Shown here in pieces: positions 1-7,405 of a stretch of 64,000 nt of DNA. This DNA comes from a virus: positions 1 to 64,000 of IMG/VR virus record IMGVR_UViG_3300017783_000003; one strand, written 5' to 3'. The translations under genes and the position numbers were made by a program. The notes under the pieces were generated by a model. It was not told the DNA's origin, searched no databases, and worked only from the letters and a program-made list of their open reading frames with translations. The stretch's first letter is position 1. Every line of letters starts with the position of its first letter.

Positions 1-328
1 TTCGATGGTTACTGCGAACCGTTTCTGGTCGCAGATCTTCGGGGTTGCGTTTAGCAATAAGCGTTGGTTGCACTTCTTTATGCTGTTTGTTCCTGTCATG
101 GGTCTTTGGGTCTCTTCTATTGGGATCATTGGGCTTGCTCTTAATCTTCGTGCTTATGATTTTGTGAGTCAAGAGATTAGAGCAGCAGAAGATCCTGAGT
201 TCGAGACGTTCTACACAAAGAACATCCTTCTCAATGAAGGACTACGTGCTTGGTTGGCACCTGCCGATCAACCACATGAAAACTTCATCTTCCCTGAAGA
301 AGTTCTACCAAGAGGTAACGCACTGTGA
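1..328 (+). CDS. psbD: Photosystem II D2 protein, C-terminal part (5' truncated by window edge)
   Basis: [28 protein letters not shown]...[18 protein letters not shown]...[10 protein letters not shown] is the D2 C-terminus. Confidence 0.98.
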   Translation, partial: SMVTANRFWSQIFGVAFSNKRWLHFFMLFVPVMGLWVSSIGIIGLALNLRAYDFVSQEIRAAEDPEFETFYTKNILLNEGLRAWLAPADQPHENFIFPEEVLPRGNAL

Positions 329-570
329 TCAAAGCATTCTTCACTTTTATATTTGCTGCAGTGATGTGGGTTCAAGTCCCACAGTGGCAGGATGATTGGT
401 CTAAGTGTGCGGTTGATGTACCAGACACAGCATGTCATTGGTACATCACAGCACCCGATAGCACCATGGGTGAAGGATTCAGTTGGGCAAATGCCCCTTG
501 GTTCAGTGCTGAAGGTCTCCTAGACATTGGAGAACTTCACAACACAGTTCAGTCCCTTCAAGAGGCATGA
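325..570 (+). CDS. Small hypothetical protein with N-terminal hydrophobic/signal segment
   Basis: GTG start overlapping the psbD stop; WVQVPQW..DW..C.VDVPD..CHWY motif, as recalled from cyanophage/picocyanobacterial small proteins. Confidence 0.7.
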   Translation: MIKAFFTFIFAAVMWVQVPQWQDDWSKCAVDVPDTACHWYITAPDSTMGEGFSWANAPWFSAEGLLDIGELHNTVQSLQEA

Positions 571-689
571 TGATGATGCAATTTCAGTACCTTCTATGGG
601 TAGGACTCGTTATCCTATTCGTTATCTCTCAGGAAACTGACGATGATGATGATCAAGATGGTGGTATGATGGTGCCGTCGTATGAATAG
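567..689 (+). CDS. 40-aa membrane peptide (not in ORF track)
   Basis: [40 protein letters not shown]; overlaps both neighbours; TM helix then acidic DDDD-GGMMxP motif. Confidence 0.65.
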   Translation: MMMMQFQYLLWVGLVILFVISQETDDDDDQDGGMMVPSYE

Positions 690-888
690 TTTTGAAGTCA
701 CACTATACTTCATATGTTTTGCTCTCATTGCTGGTGGTGCCTTCGCTATGATGTGGGCTAACATTCAATCTATTAACATAGAGATGAATACACCCAAACC
801 AAAGCATCCTGAAGCACCACAAGCAGGTGAAGAATTGATGTATGTAGATCTGTCCAGAGAAAAACTTGAAGATCTCTATAATAAATGA
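682..888 (+). CDS. DUF2973-like small membrane protein
   Basis: N-terminal TM helix then HPEAP...GEELMYVD motif. Confidence 0.65.
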   Translation: MNSFEVTLYFICFALIAGGAFAMMWANIQSINIEMNTPKPKHPEAPQAGEELMYVDLSREKLEDLYNK

Positions 889-1019
889 AGCGATTAGATG
901 ACCATAAAGGCTTCATTATGGGTGAAGATACTATTCCTCCATGGCTTTGGATGACTAGTATAGGTCTGGCGCTCTTCACTATCCTATGTTTTTTGATCAT
1001 GCTTGCAGGAATGCTCTAA
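885..1019 (+). CDS. 44-aa membrane peptide (not in ORF track)
   Basis: MKRLDDHKGFIMGEDTIPPWLWMTSIGLALFTILCFLIMLAGML; ATGA overlap with the upstream stop; followed by a terminator. Confidence 0.55.
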   Translation: MKRLDDHKGFIMGEDTIPPWLWMTSIGLALFTILCFLIMLAGML

Positions 1020-1031
1020 ACGTGTTATAAT

Positions 1032-1056
1032 GGGGGGGTTCACACCCCCCTTTTTT
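1032..1056 (+). terminator. Rho-independent terminator
   Basis: GGGGGGG-TTCACA-CCCCCC followed by T6. Confidence 0.8.
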
Positions 1057-1057
1057 A

Positions 1058-1642
1058 ATGTCGATCATTTGGAAGTCTAAAAAAAAGATGGACTCGTCTC
1101 TTATTGAATCTTGTCAAGATGAATTGGGTAAGATTCCTACTAAAGAAGGAGATTACAGCACGTCATACTTCACTACAAATGGTTTGAGTGGAACTGAAAT
1201 GGAGGAACCTGTCATTAAATTCTATGATGATTTAGTTAATGATTGTACGAAAAGTCTTGGGTTGTATCACGTCAGTAAATATGGTGTGGTATTTTGGATG
1301 CAAATGTATGACCACACTACTAAAGGACATACAATTCACTCCCACTTTGCTGGAAGTGAATGTATATCATGGGTACATTTCCTACAAGTTCCCGATCAAA
1401 AGTGTTTCTTTTTTATGGATTCATATGGTAATAAACATTATCCTGACCATCAAAAAGAATTTGATTTTATTGCGTTCCCTTCCTGGGCACTGCATGGTGT
1501 TGACAAAGTAGAAGATCCTGGGATCAAACGAACTGTTACTGCTGGAAATATTTACTTGTCTGAATATGGATTTGATGGTTTTGAGATAGTGTCAAGTGCA
1601 TTTGAAAACACTGTATTATGGGTAAAGAAAAGTGGCATGTAA
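1058..1642 (+). CDS. Putative 2OG-Fe(II) oxygenase
   Basis: W-MQMY..H..HSH, ISWVHF, FIAFPSWALHGV, R.V.AGN motifs. Confidence 0.8.
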   Translation: MSIIWKSKKKMDSSLIESCQDELGKIPTKEGDYSTSYFTTNGLSGTEMEEPVIKFYDDLVNDCTKSLGLYHVSKYGVVFWMQMYDHTTKGHTIHSHFAGSECISWVHFLQVPDQKCFFFMDSYGNKHYPDHQKEFDFIAFPSWALHGVDKVEDPGIKRTVTAGNIYLSEYGFDGFEIVSSAFENTVLWVKKSGM

Positions 1643-2213
1643 CTTTATTATCTGGGATTCTAAAATAGAAATTCCACAAGAACAGGTAGATCTTCTTATT
1701 AAAGAATGTAAGGAGAACCAAACCAATCCAGAAAAGTTTTATAGTACATACTTAGATGGTAAAGCCGACATCACATTTAAAAAGGAGAGTCGAAAATTAT
1801 ACAAGACAACTATCGATGATATCTTGCAAGACTTTGGTATCTGGGATAGTTGTATGTTCTATGTAGATTATTGGGTGCAAATGTATAGTGATACTAATGA
1901 AAATTTTCATGATGTTCATGTTCACTATGCTGGTGCTGAATTTATATCTTGGGTACACTTTATACATACTCCAGAGCAAAATTGCTTTTACTTTTTTGAT
2001 GGGCATGGTAAAAAACATTATCCTGAGAAGCAACGGTCTGGAGACTTTATTGTATTCCCGTCGTGGATGCCTCATGGTATTGAACCAGTCATAGAAGAAG
2101 GATTTGATAGAGTTGTAGTTGCAGGAAATGTATCCATGTCTATGCTTGAATTTGGAAACATTAAATGGAACTCCAATAGTTGGAACAAAAGCACCTTATT
2201 CATCCGCAAATAA
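1632..2213 (+). CDS. Putative 2OG-Fe(II) oxygenase (paralogue of upstream gene)
   Basis: WVQMY..FHDVHVH, ISWVHF, FIVFPSWMPHGI, RVVVAGN. Confidence 0.8.
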   Translation: MACNFIIWDSKIEIPQEQVDLLIKECKENQTNPEKFYSTYLDGKADITFKKESRKLYKTTIDDILQDFGIWDSCMFYVDYWVQMYSDTNENFHDVHVHYAGAEFISWVHFIHTPEQNCFYFFDGHGKKHYPEKQRSGDFIVFPSWMPHGIEPVIEEGFDRVVVAGNVSMSMLEFGNIKWNSNSWNKSTLFIRK

Positions 2214-2216
2214 CAC

Positions 2217-2474
2217 ATGTATAAAATAGAAATTTACAAGACCCCTGGTTGTGGGTATTGTGTCAAGATAGACGAGTTAATGTATCGTGCTCATCTTACA
2301 GAGAGTGTCACTGCCTATATGGTTGGTAAAGATCTAACCATCGAGGAATTTAAGGAAAGGTTTCCTGAGTCGAGAGGATTTCCTCATGTAGTTGTTGATG
2401 GTAAACCTATTGGAGGACTAATTGAGACTGTTAAATGGTGTGTTGAAAAAAGGTTAGTGACATCTAAAAAATGA
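2217..2474 (+). CDS. nrdC: Glutaredoxin
   Basis: CGYC active site, FPHV cis-Pro loop, IGG motif. Confidence 0.9.
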   Translation: MYKIEIYKTPGCGYCVKIDELMYRAHLTESVTAYMVGKDLTIEEFKERFPESRGFPHVVVDGKPIGGLIETVKWCVEKRLVTSKK

Positions 2475-2659
2475 GTAAAGAAAGTTCGGAACTTCCCATA
2501 AATAAAGGAGTAGAGCTCATGCTCAGGAGGGTTGATAAAGAAGTTGAAGAACCTAAAAAAGGTTTCTTGTTCAATCGATTCTTCACTCTCCGCAAAAAAC
2601 AATTCCGTATAAACATTGAGTTTTCGTGGAGGGACTTAAATAAACGTCGCTCGGAGTAG
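2471..2659 (+). CDS. Hypothetical cyanophage protein
   Basis: INKGVELMLRR motif; overlaps the glutaredoxin stop. Confidence 0.65.
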   Translation: MSKESSELPINKGVELMLRRVDKEVEEPKKGFLFNRFFTLRKKQFRINIEFSWRDLNKRRSE

Positions 2660-2663
2660 GTAA

Positions 2664-2891
2664 ATGGAATCATCCACACTATTTTTCTCAGGATGTCTAA
2701 TGGTTATGTTCTTAGTTGTTGGAATCATTGCTGGATGGCATATCAACGATGTTGTTTACAATCTGACGCAAAAAAACAACGGACCAACCATGCATCCAGA
2801 AATGTATGATGATAATGGAATTGTTATTAATGAAGAGTTATACTCTGTAAGATTTGTCCAAGAGGAGAATGAGGAGGATGATTATTATTGA
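2664..2891 (+). CDS. Hypothetical membrane protein
   Basis: TM helix, HPEMYD..G motif and acidic tail; sits directly upstream of rnh. Confidence 0.7.
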   Translation: MESSTLFFSGCLMVMFLVVGIIAGWHINDVVYNLTQKNNGPTMHPEMYDDNGIVINEELYSVRFVQEENEEDDYY

Positions 2892-3741
2892 CATGAATCA
2901 GATTATGATTAGCAATCTGATGACTCAACTGAAACATGATTTTCTGAATGAAAAACTGGTAAGACACATGGTTCTTAGTAGTTTAAAAAAATATGAAAGA
3001 GAATATTCAGGTGAGTATGGTGAAATGATCTTAGCGTATGATTCTAAACATTATTGGCGTAAAGATTATTTCCCATTCTATAAACAAAATAGAAAAAAAG
3101 ATAGAGAGAAATCAAAACATAACTGGAGTCAAATCTTTGATGTTTTAAATCTCATTCGTGATGAAATTCGTGAATACTTTCCGTGGAAAGTATTGGAAGT
3201 GCATGGCGCAGAAGCAGACGATGTTATCTCAACTCTATGTAAGAACAAAGACAACGGTAAAGTCTTAATCTTATCTGGAGACAAAGACTTTATCCAACTC
3301 CAAAAATATCCTGGAGTTCAGCAGTTCAATCCAACAACAAAACAATATATCTATACTGACAATCCCTATCAGTATATCAAAGAACATATTATAAAGGGAG
3401 ATAAGTCTGATGGTATTCCCAACTTCTTATCTGATGATGATAGTTTTGTCACCAGAGTAAGACAAAAACCTATCAGTCAAAAGAAACTAAACATATGGGT
3501 TGATCAAGACCCAGAAAAGTTTTGTCAAAATCAAGAGCAGTTTAATAACTACTGCCGTAACCGTACTCTTATTGACTTTGATTACATCCCTGATGAGATC
3601 GAAAATAAAATCATGATTGAGTATAGTTCACTAAATAATAGTGGGAAACAAGTTCCGCTTGAATACTTCCAAAAGCATCAACTTAATGACTTGATGGAAG
3701 ATTATTTCTTTCGTAGTACATCATCACCTTTCGCAAAATGA
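2878..3741 (+). CDS. rnh: T4-type RNase H (5'-3' exonuclease, FEN family)
   Basis: IIIDMNQ, YWR...YK..RK, EADD, SGDKDFIQL, GDKSDGIPN motifs. Confidence 0.95.
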   Translation: MIIIDMNQIMISNLMTQLKHDFLNEKLVRHMVLSSLKKYEREYSGEYGEMILAYDSKHYWRKDYFPFYKQNRKKDREKSKHNWSQIFDVLNLIRDEIREYFPWKVLEVHGAEADDVISTLCKNKDNGKVLILSGDKDFIQLQKYPGVQQFNPTTKQYIYTDNPYQYIKEHIIKGDKSDGIPNFLSDDDSFVTRVRQKPISQKKLNIWVDQDPEKFCQNQEQFNNYCRNRTLIDFDYIPDEIENKIMIEYSSLNNSGKQVPLEYFQKHQLNDLMEDYFFRSTSSPFAK

Positions 3742-4172
3742 AATTACTTATCTCGGAAGTGCTCCAAAAAGTGAGCAACGCCAAAACAAAAGCAGAAAAG
3801 ATTAGATTATTGCAGGAGTATGAAACTCCTGCTCTTCGCTCGATCTTGATTGCAAACTTTGATGAGAGTATCATCTCTCTTCTACCTGAGGGTGACGTTC
3901 CTTATGAAAAGAACGATGCACCTAAGGGCACTGAACACACCGTACTTGAGAAAGAGTACCGTAAACTATACCTCTTTTTCAAAGGGGGAACCACATCGCT
4001 CAAGCAATCCCAGCGTGAAAACCTCTTCATTCAGATGCTAGAGGGTCTACATGAAGAGGAAGCGGCACTTTTGATCCTAGTTAAGGACAAGGGACTGAGC
4101 AAGCGTTACAAGGTCACCAGACCCTGTGTTGAGAATGCATTCCCCCAAATTAAATGGGGAGGTCGTTCCTAA
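3738..4172 (+). CDS. Conserved T4-like hypothetical protein
   Basis: LPEGDVPY, RENLFIQMLEGLH..EA motifs of the gene that follows rnh in cyanomyoviruses. Confidence 0.8.
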   Translation: MKLLISEVLQKVSNAKTKAEKIRLLQEYETPALRSILIANFDESIISLLPEGDVPYEKNDAPKGTEHTVLEKEYRKLYLFFKGGTTSLKQSQRENLFIQMLEGLHEEEAALLILVKDKGLSKRYKVTRPCVENAFPQIKWGGRS

Positions 4173-4423
4173 TGGGCAAAGGTTGTAAAATCCTTCATCA
4201 AGATTGCGACCCAGCACTGGGTCAAGATAGATCTCTTCCATACAATAGTTTCTTGATTGAATATAATTTGGAAGGTCTTACCAAGTTTGATATTGCTTCT
4301 GGTGCTGGTCAAGTAGATATTTTTGATGACTATTGGGATAAATATCATAGTGATTTAATTAACATGACTCACACTGAAGGTAGAGTTAACCCAAAGATGT
4401 GGAATCCACCCGCAAGCAAATGA
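4172..4423 (+). CDS. Hypothetical cyanophage protein
   Basis: TAATG coupling; LPYNSFL..Y, DIFDDYWDKY, GRVNPKMW motifs. Confidence 0.75.
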   Translation: MGKGCKILHQDCDPALGQDRSLPYNSFLIEYNLEGLTKFDIASGAGQVDIFDDYWDKYHSDLINMTHTEGRVNPKMWNPPASK

Positions 4424-4692
4424 CTTATAAAAGACCTAGTAGTACAAAAAATACTTTTTGCATTCAATATTGGAAGATGAAAGATCCAACTAAGCAAAAG
4501 GTATTACGTCGTATTAATAAAGATGGTGTTCCCATCTCAACTAAAAAGTATTCTGAAGTTTTCTTTTATGCTAGACTTGAGGATGCTATGGAAGACTGTA
4601 GATTTTTATTGGATAATGATTATGATGTTGCAGTGAAAAAATGCAACGTTAATAGTAGAGAAAAAGATACTTTCTGGTTGTCAGGAAGTTGA
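4420..4692 (+). CDS. Hypothetical protein
   Basis: ATGA overlap, fills the operon gap. Confidence 0.6.
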   Translation: MTYKRPSSTKNTFCIQYWKMKDPTKQKVLRRINKDGVPISTKKYSEVFFYARLEDAMEDCRFLLDNDYDVAVKKCNVNSREKDTFWLSGS

Positions 4693-4693
4693 A

Positions 4694-5020
4694 ATGGGTC
4701 ACCATTATTTGTTGAATCTTTATATGTGCTCGTCGTCTAACTTGGATGACGAGTTTTTTCTTCGTAACTTACTTGAGACATCTGCTATTGCATGTGGAGC
4801 AAATGTATTAGAAACTGTTTCATATAAATTTGATCCACATGGAGTTACTGTTATTTGTTTATTATCTGAGAGTCATATATCTATACACACTTGGCCTGAG
4901 AAAGGTGAGGCTGCAGTGGATGTATTTACATGTGGTGAATCGGAACCAGAAATAGCATGTGGTATAATAGTGGAAGCACTGAAAGCACAGAAGCATAAGA
5001 TGGATTACATTAAACGATAG
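4694..5020 (+). CDS. speD: S-adenosylmethionine decarboxylase proenzyme
   Basis: F.P.GVT...LLSESHISIHTWPE.G.AAVDVFTCG signature with ESH self-cleavage site. Confidence 0.95.
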   Translation: MGHHYLLNLYMCSSSNLDDEFFLRNLLETSAIACGANVLETVSYKFDPHGVTVICLLSESHISIHTWPEKGEAAVDVFTCGESEPEIACGIIVEALKAQKHKMDYIKR

Positions 5021-5022
5021 TG

Positions 5023-5036
5023 GTATTGACTATTAC
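5023..5036. promoter_or_regulatory. NtcA-like box GTA-N8-TAC
   Basis: GTAttgactatTAC immediately upstream of the promoter of the riboswitch module. Confidence 0.45.
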
Positions 5037-5039
5037 CGT

Positions 5040-5070
5040 TTGACAAACCTAAATAGTTATGCTATAATAT
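5040..5070 (+). promoter_or_regulatory. Sigma70-type promoter
   Basis: TTGACA 5040-5045; TG-c-TATATA/TATAAT at 5063-5070; a TAAATA late-like box also lies in the spacer. Confidence 0.65.
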
Positions 5071-5075
5071 AGCAA

Positions 5076-5120
5076 CGTTCATCCCACTCTAGGGTGGGAC
5101 GCAAGTAAGACTCGGAACGG
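5076..5120 (+). ncRNA. Glutamine-riboswitch-like aptamer 1 (glnA / Downstream-peptide family)
   Basis: P1 CGTTC/GAACG, P2 TCCCACTC/GGGTGGGA, CGCA junction, GGAACGG end. Confidence 0.75.
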
Positions 5121-5122
5121 AG

Positions 5123-5308
5123 CGTTCATCCCATGTTTGAGTATCTACTCTACACTACACTCTCATGTACCCAAACTTCAGCAATTATGTTGAAGATTGA
5201 AAGGAATGTCAATCTATCTACTGAGATCAAGATTGAGTTAGTTGAGACCCTTAAGGACTCAGCACCTGAATGTGAGTGGTACTGGGACGCACAAGTCTAA
5301 AGGAACGG
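5123..5308 (+). ncRNA. Glutamine-riboswitch-like aptamer 2 with ~150-nt P2 loop
   Basis: CGTTCATCCCA ... TGGGACGCA-N10-GGAACGG; same core as aptamer 1, split by a long insert. Confidence 0.65.
5133..5300 (+). CDS. 55-aa protein encoded within aptamer 2 (not in ORF track)
   Basis: MFEYLLYTTLSCTQTSAIMLKIERNVNLSTEIKIELVETLKDSAPECEWYWDAQV; GGAG at 5119-5122; two Cys flanking a helical hairpin. Confidence 0.7.
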   Translation: MFEYLLYTTLSCTQTSAIMLKIERNVNLSTEIKIELVETLKDSAPECEWYWDAQV

Positions 5309-5339
5309 ATTAAAATCCAACTACTTTAGGAGTAAACTA

Positions 5340-5507
5340 ATGAACACACTCAACCTCATTAGAAAGCAGATTCAAAAAGCATCTGCACTACATGACGCAC
5401 AGATTACCCACACTACTTATCGTGGTGTTGAGTATAATACCCGTTGTGTGGAGAGTAAGGAGAGTCACGGTACATTCTGTTATCGTGGCAAACGTTACAC
5501 CAAATGA
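5340..5507 (+). CDS. DUF4278-type small protein (not in ORF track)
   Basis: MNTLNLIRKQIQKASALHDAQITHTTYRGVEY...FCYRGKRYTK; two YRG motifs; SD AGGAG 5328-5332. Confidence 0.85.
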   Translation: MNTLNLIRKQIQKASALHDAQITHTTYRGVEYNTRCVESKESHGTFCYRGKRYTK

Positions 5508-5515
5508 ATAGAGGA

Positions 5516-5543
5516 AAGGAGGGTTGACACCCTCCTTTTTTTA
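5516..5543 (+). terminator. Rho-independent terminator
   Basis: AAGGAGGG-TTGACA-CCCTCCTT followed by a T-run. Confidence 0.85.
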
Positions 5544-5552
5544 TGTTAGAAT
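5524..5552 (+). promoter_or_regulatory. Sigma70-type promoter nested in the terminator
   Basis: TTGACA-17-TAGAAT with an extended TG. Confidence 0.7.
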
Positions 5553-5573
5553 GTGTAAGTTATTACATACGGT

Positions 5574-5873
5574 ATGACACAGGCACCTTCATCTATCAAG
5601 CAATATATTAAGTGGTTACGCAATGCTGTAAGCAAACCTCATCTATATGATGAAGAGGAGTTTACTCGCATTAAAAGAGAACTTTACCAGGCACAAAAAG
5701 TACGTTCAACCCTTAAAAATTTAGAAAAATCACATCAAGGTTTTGGTTATGACGCAACAGTCCCAAGTCAAATTGGTATCAGTGACTCCAGAAGCGGAGA
5801 AGACGATGGGGTACGTAGCGAGAGTGAGCAACCCGAACAACCAGGACAACCCGAAGGTATCGGGTCTCCTTAA
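5574..5873 (+). CDS. Hypothetical protein overlapping thyX start
   Basis: Basic helical N-terminus (KPHLYDEEE); 3' part runs out of frame inside thyX. Confidence 0.6.
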   Translation: MTQAPSSIKQYIKWLRNAVSKPHLYDEEEFTRIKRELYQAQKVRSTLKNLEKSHQGFGYDATVPSQIGISDSRSGEDDGVRSESEQPEQPGQPEGIGSP

Positions 5874-6396
5874 GTATTGTGTGAAGCATCAACATTGGAG
5901 TGTATTTGAACAAGCGTTTATGACGCTTGAAATAAATACAACGAGAGGTCTAGCAGCTCAGTGCTTGAGACATAGATCATTCACATTCCAAGAATTTTCA
6001 CAACGTTATGCTGACTCTTCTTTACTTGGGGGTGACATTCCTATCCCTGATCTACGTCGTCAAGACCATAAGAATAGACAGAACTCCATCGATGACATTG
6101 ATCCCTTTGTACGTCAAGAGTTCGAGATCAAAATTAAAAATCATTTTGAAGAAGGAATGAAACTCTATCAAGAAATGCTTGATAGAAATATTGCAAAGGA
6201 GTGTGCTCGTTTTGTACTCCCTTTGGCAACACCAACAAGAATTTTCATGAGCGGTTCATGTCGTTCGTGGATTCACTATATATCTTTACGTTCTGCTAAC
6301 GGAACGCAAAAGGAACACATGGATATTGCTCTTGCATGTAAAGAAATTTTCTGCGAGCAATTCCCTACAGTCGCTGAAGCAATGGAGTGGAAGTAA
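5749..6396 (+). CDS. thyX: Flavin-dependent thymidylate synthase
   Basis: HWSVFEQ, LRHRSFTFQEFSQRY, AKECARFVLP motifs. Confidence 0.96.
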   Translation: MTQQSQVKLVSVTPEAEKTMGYVARVSNPNNQDNPKVSGLLKYCVKHQHWSVFEQAFMTLEINTTRGLAAQCLRHRSFTFQEFSQRYADSSLLGGDIPIPDLRRQDHKNRQNSIDDIDPFVRQEFEIKIKNHFEEGMKLYQEMLDRNIAKECARFVLPLATPTRIFMSGSCRSWIHYISLRSANGTQKEHMDIALACKEIFCEQFPTVAEAMEWK

Positions 6397-6635
6397 TGCC
6401 TACATATCCTGTTAAACATAAAGAAACTGGGAAAACCAAGGAACTACGAATGACTGTCGCTGAGTACGAAAAGTGGAAGCAAGACAATCCCGATTGGGAT
6501 AAAGATTGGTCCGCTGGTGTTGCTGGCGTCGGTGAATCTGGCGACTGGAGAAACAAGATGGGCAAGACTCATCCTGGTTGGTCCGAAATTATGACGAAGG
6601 CATCTAAACTGCCTGGTTCCAATGTTCAATGGTAA
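6396..6635 (+). CDS. Conserved T4-like small protein (FmdB-like N-terminus)
   Basis: MPTYPVKHKETG...W..DNPDWDKDWS; standard position upstream of phoH. Confidence 0.75.
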   Translation: MPTYPVKHKETGKTKELRMTVAEYEKWKQDNPDWDKDWSAGVAGVGESGDWRNKMGKTHPGWSEIMTKASKLPGSNVQW

Positions 6636-6649
6636 ATTAGAGTAAACTT

Positions 6650-7405
6650 ATGCCAAGATCTAGAAAGAAGCTAACTCCAGATATCCATGGTATGTCTGCA
6701 AAGCAAATGAAGCGTAGAAAACCTATTAATAGTAACTACCTTCTCAATATAGAACCTCTTACAGATAACCAAAGGGTTATGTTTGAGAAATATGGTGAAG
6801 GTAAAAATATCTATGCTTCTGGTTGTGCAGGAACGGGTAAGACTTTTGTTGCTCTCTATCTTGCACTTAAAGATGTTCTTGATGAGAACTCTCCTTATGA
6901 AAAAATTTATATCGTACGATCACTAGTTGCGACTAGAGAAATTGGTTTCTTACCTGGAACCCACGAAGATAAAGCATCTCTTTATCAAATTCCATATAAA
7001 AATATGGTTAAGTACATGTTTGAAATGCCTGATGACGGGGCGTTCGACATGCTGTATGAAAACCTGAAAGCACAAGAGACTGTATCTTTCTGGTCTACAT
7101 CGTTCTTACGAGGCACTACACTTGATAATGCTATCGTTATCATTGATGAATGTCAGAATTTAAACTTCCATGAACTGGATTCAATCATGACACGTTGTGG
7201 TCAGGACACTAGGATCATGTTCTGTGGTGATGCTAATCAATCTGATCTTCAGAAGATGAATGAAAAGACAGGCATCCTTGACTTCCAAAAGATTATTGCA
7301 AGCATGACTGATGACTTCTCTATGATTGAATATGGCATTGAAGACATTGTTCGCTCTGGTCTTGTCAAGAACTACCTAATTGCTAAACTTAATCTAGGAT
7401 TCTAA
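6650..7405 (+). CDS. phoH: PhoH-like ATPase
   Basis: GCAGTGKT Walker A, IGFLPG, FLRGTT, IIDECQN, GDANQSDL. Confidence 0.95.
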   Translation: MPRSRKKLTPDIHGMSAKQMKRRKPINSNYLLNIEPLTDNQRVMFEKYGEGKNIYASGCAGTGKTFVALYLALKDVLDENSPYEKIYIVRSLVATREIGFLPGTHEDKASLYQIPYKNMVKYMFEMPDDGAFDMLYENLKAQETVSFWSTSFLRGTTLDNAIVIIDECQNLNFHELDSIMTRCGQDTRIMFCGDANQSDLQKMNEKTGILDFQKIIASMTDDFSMIEYGIEDIVRSGLVKNYLIAKLNLGF

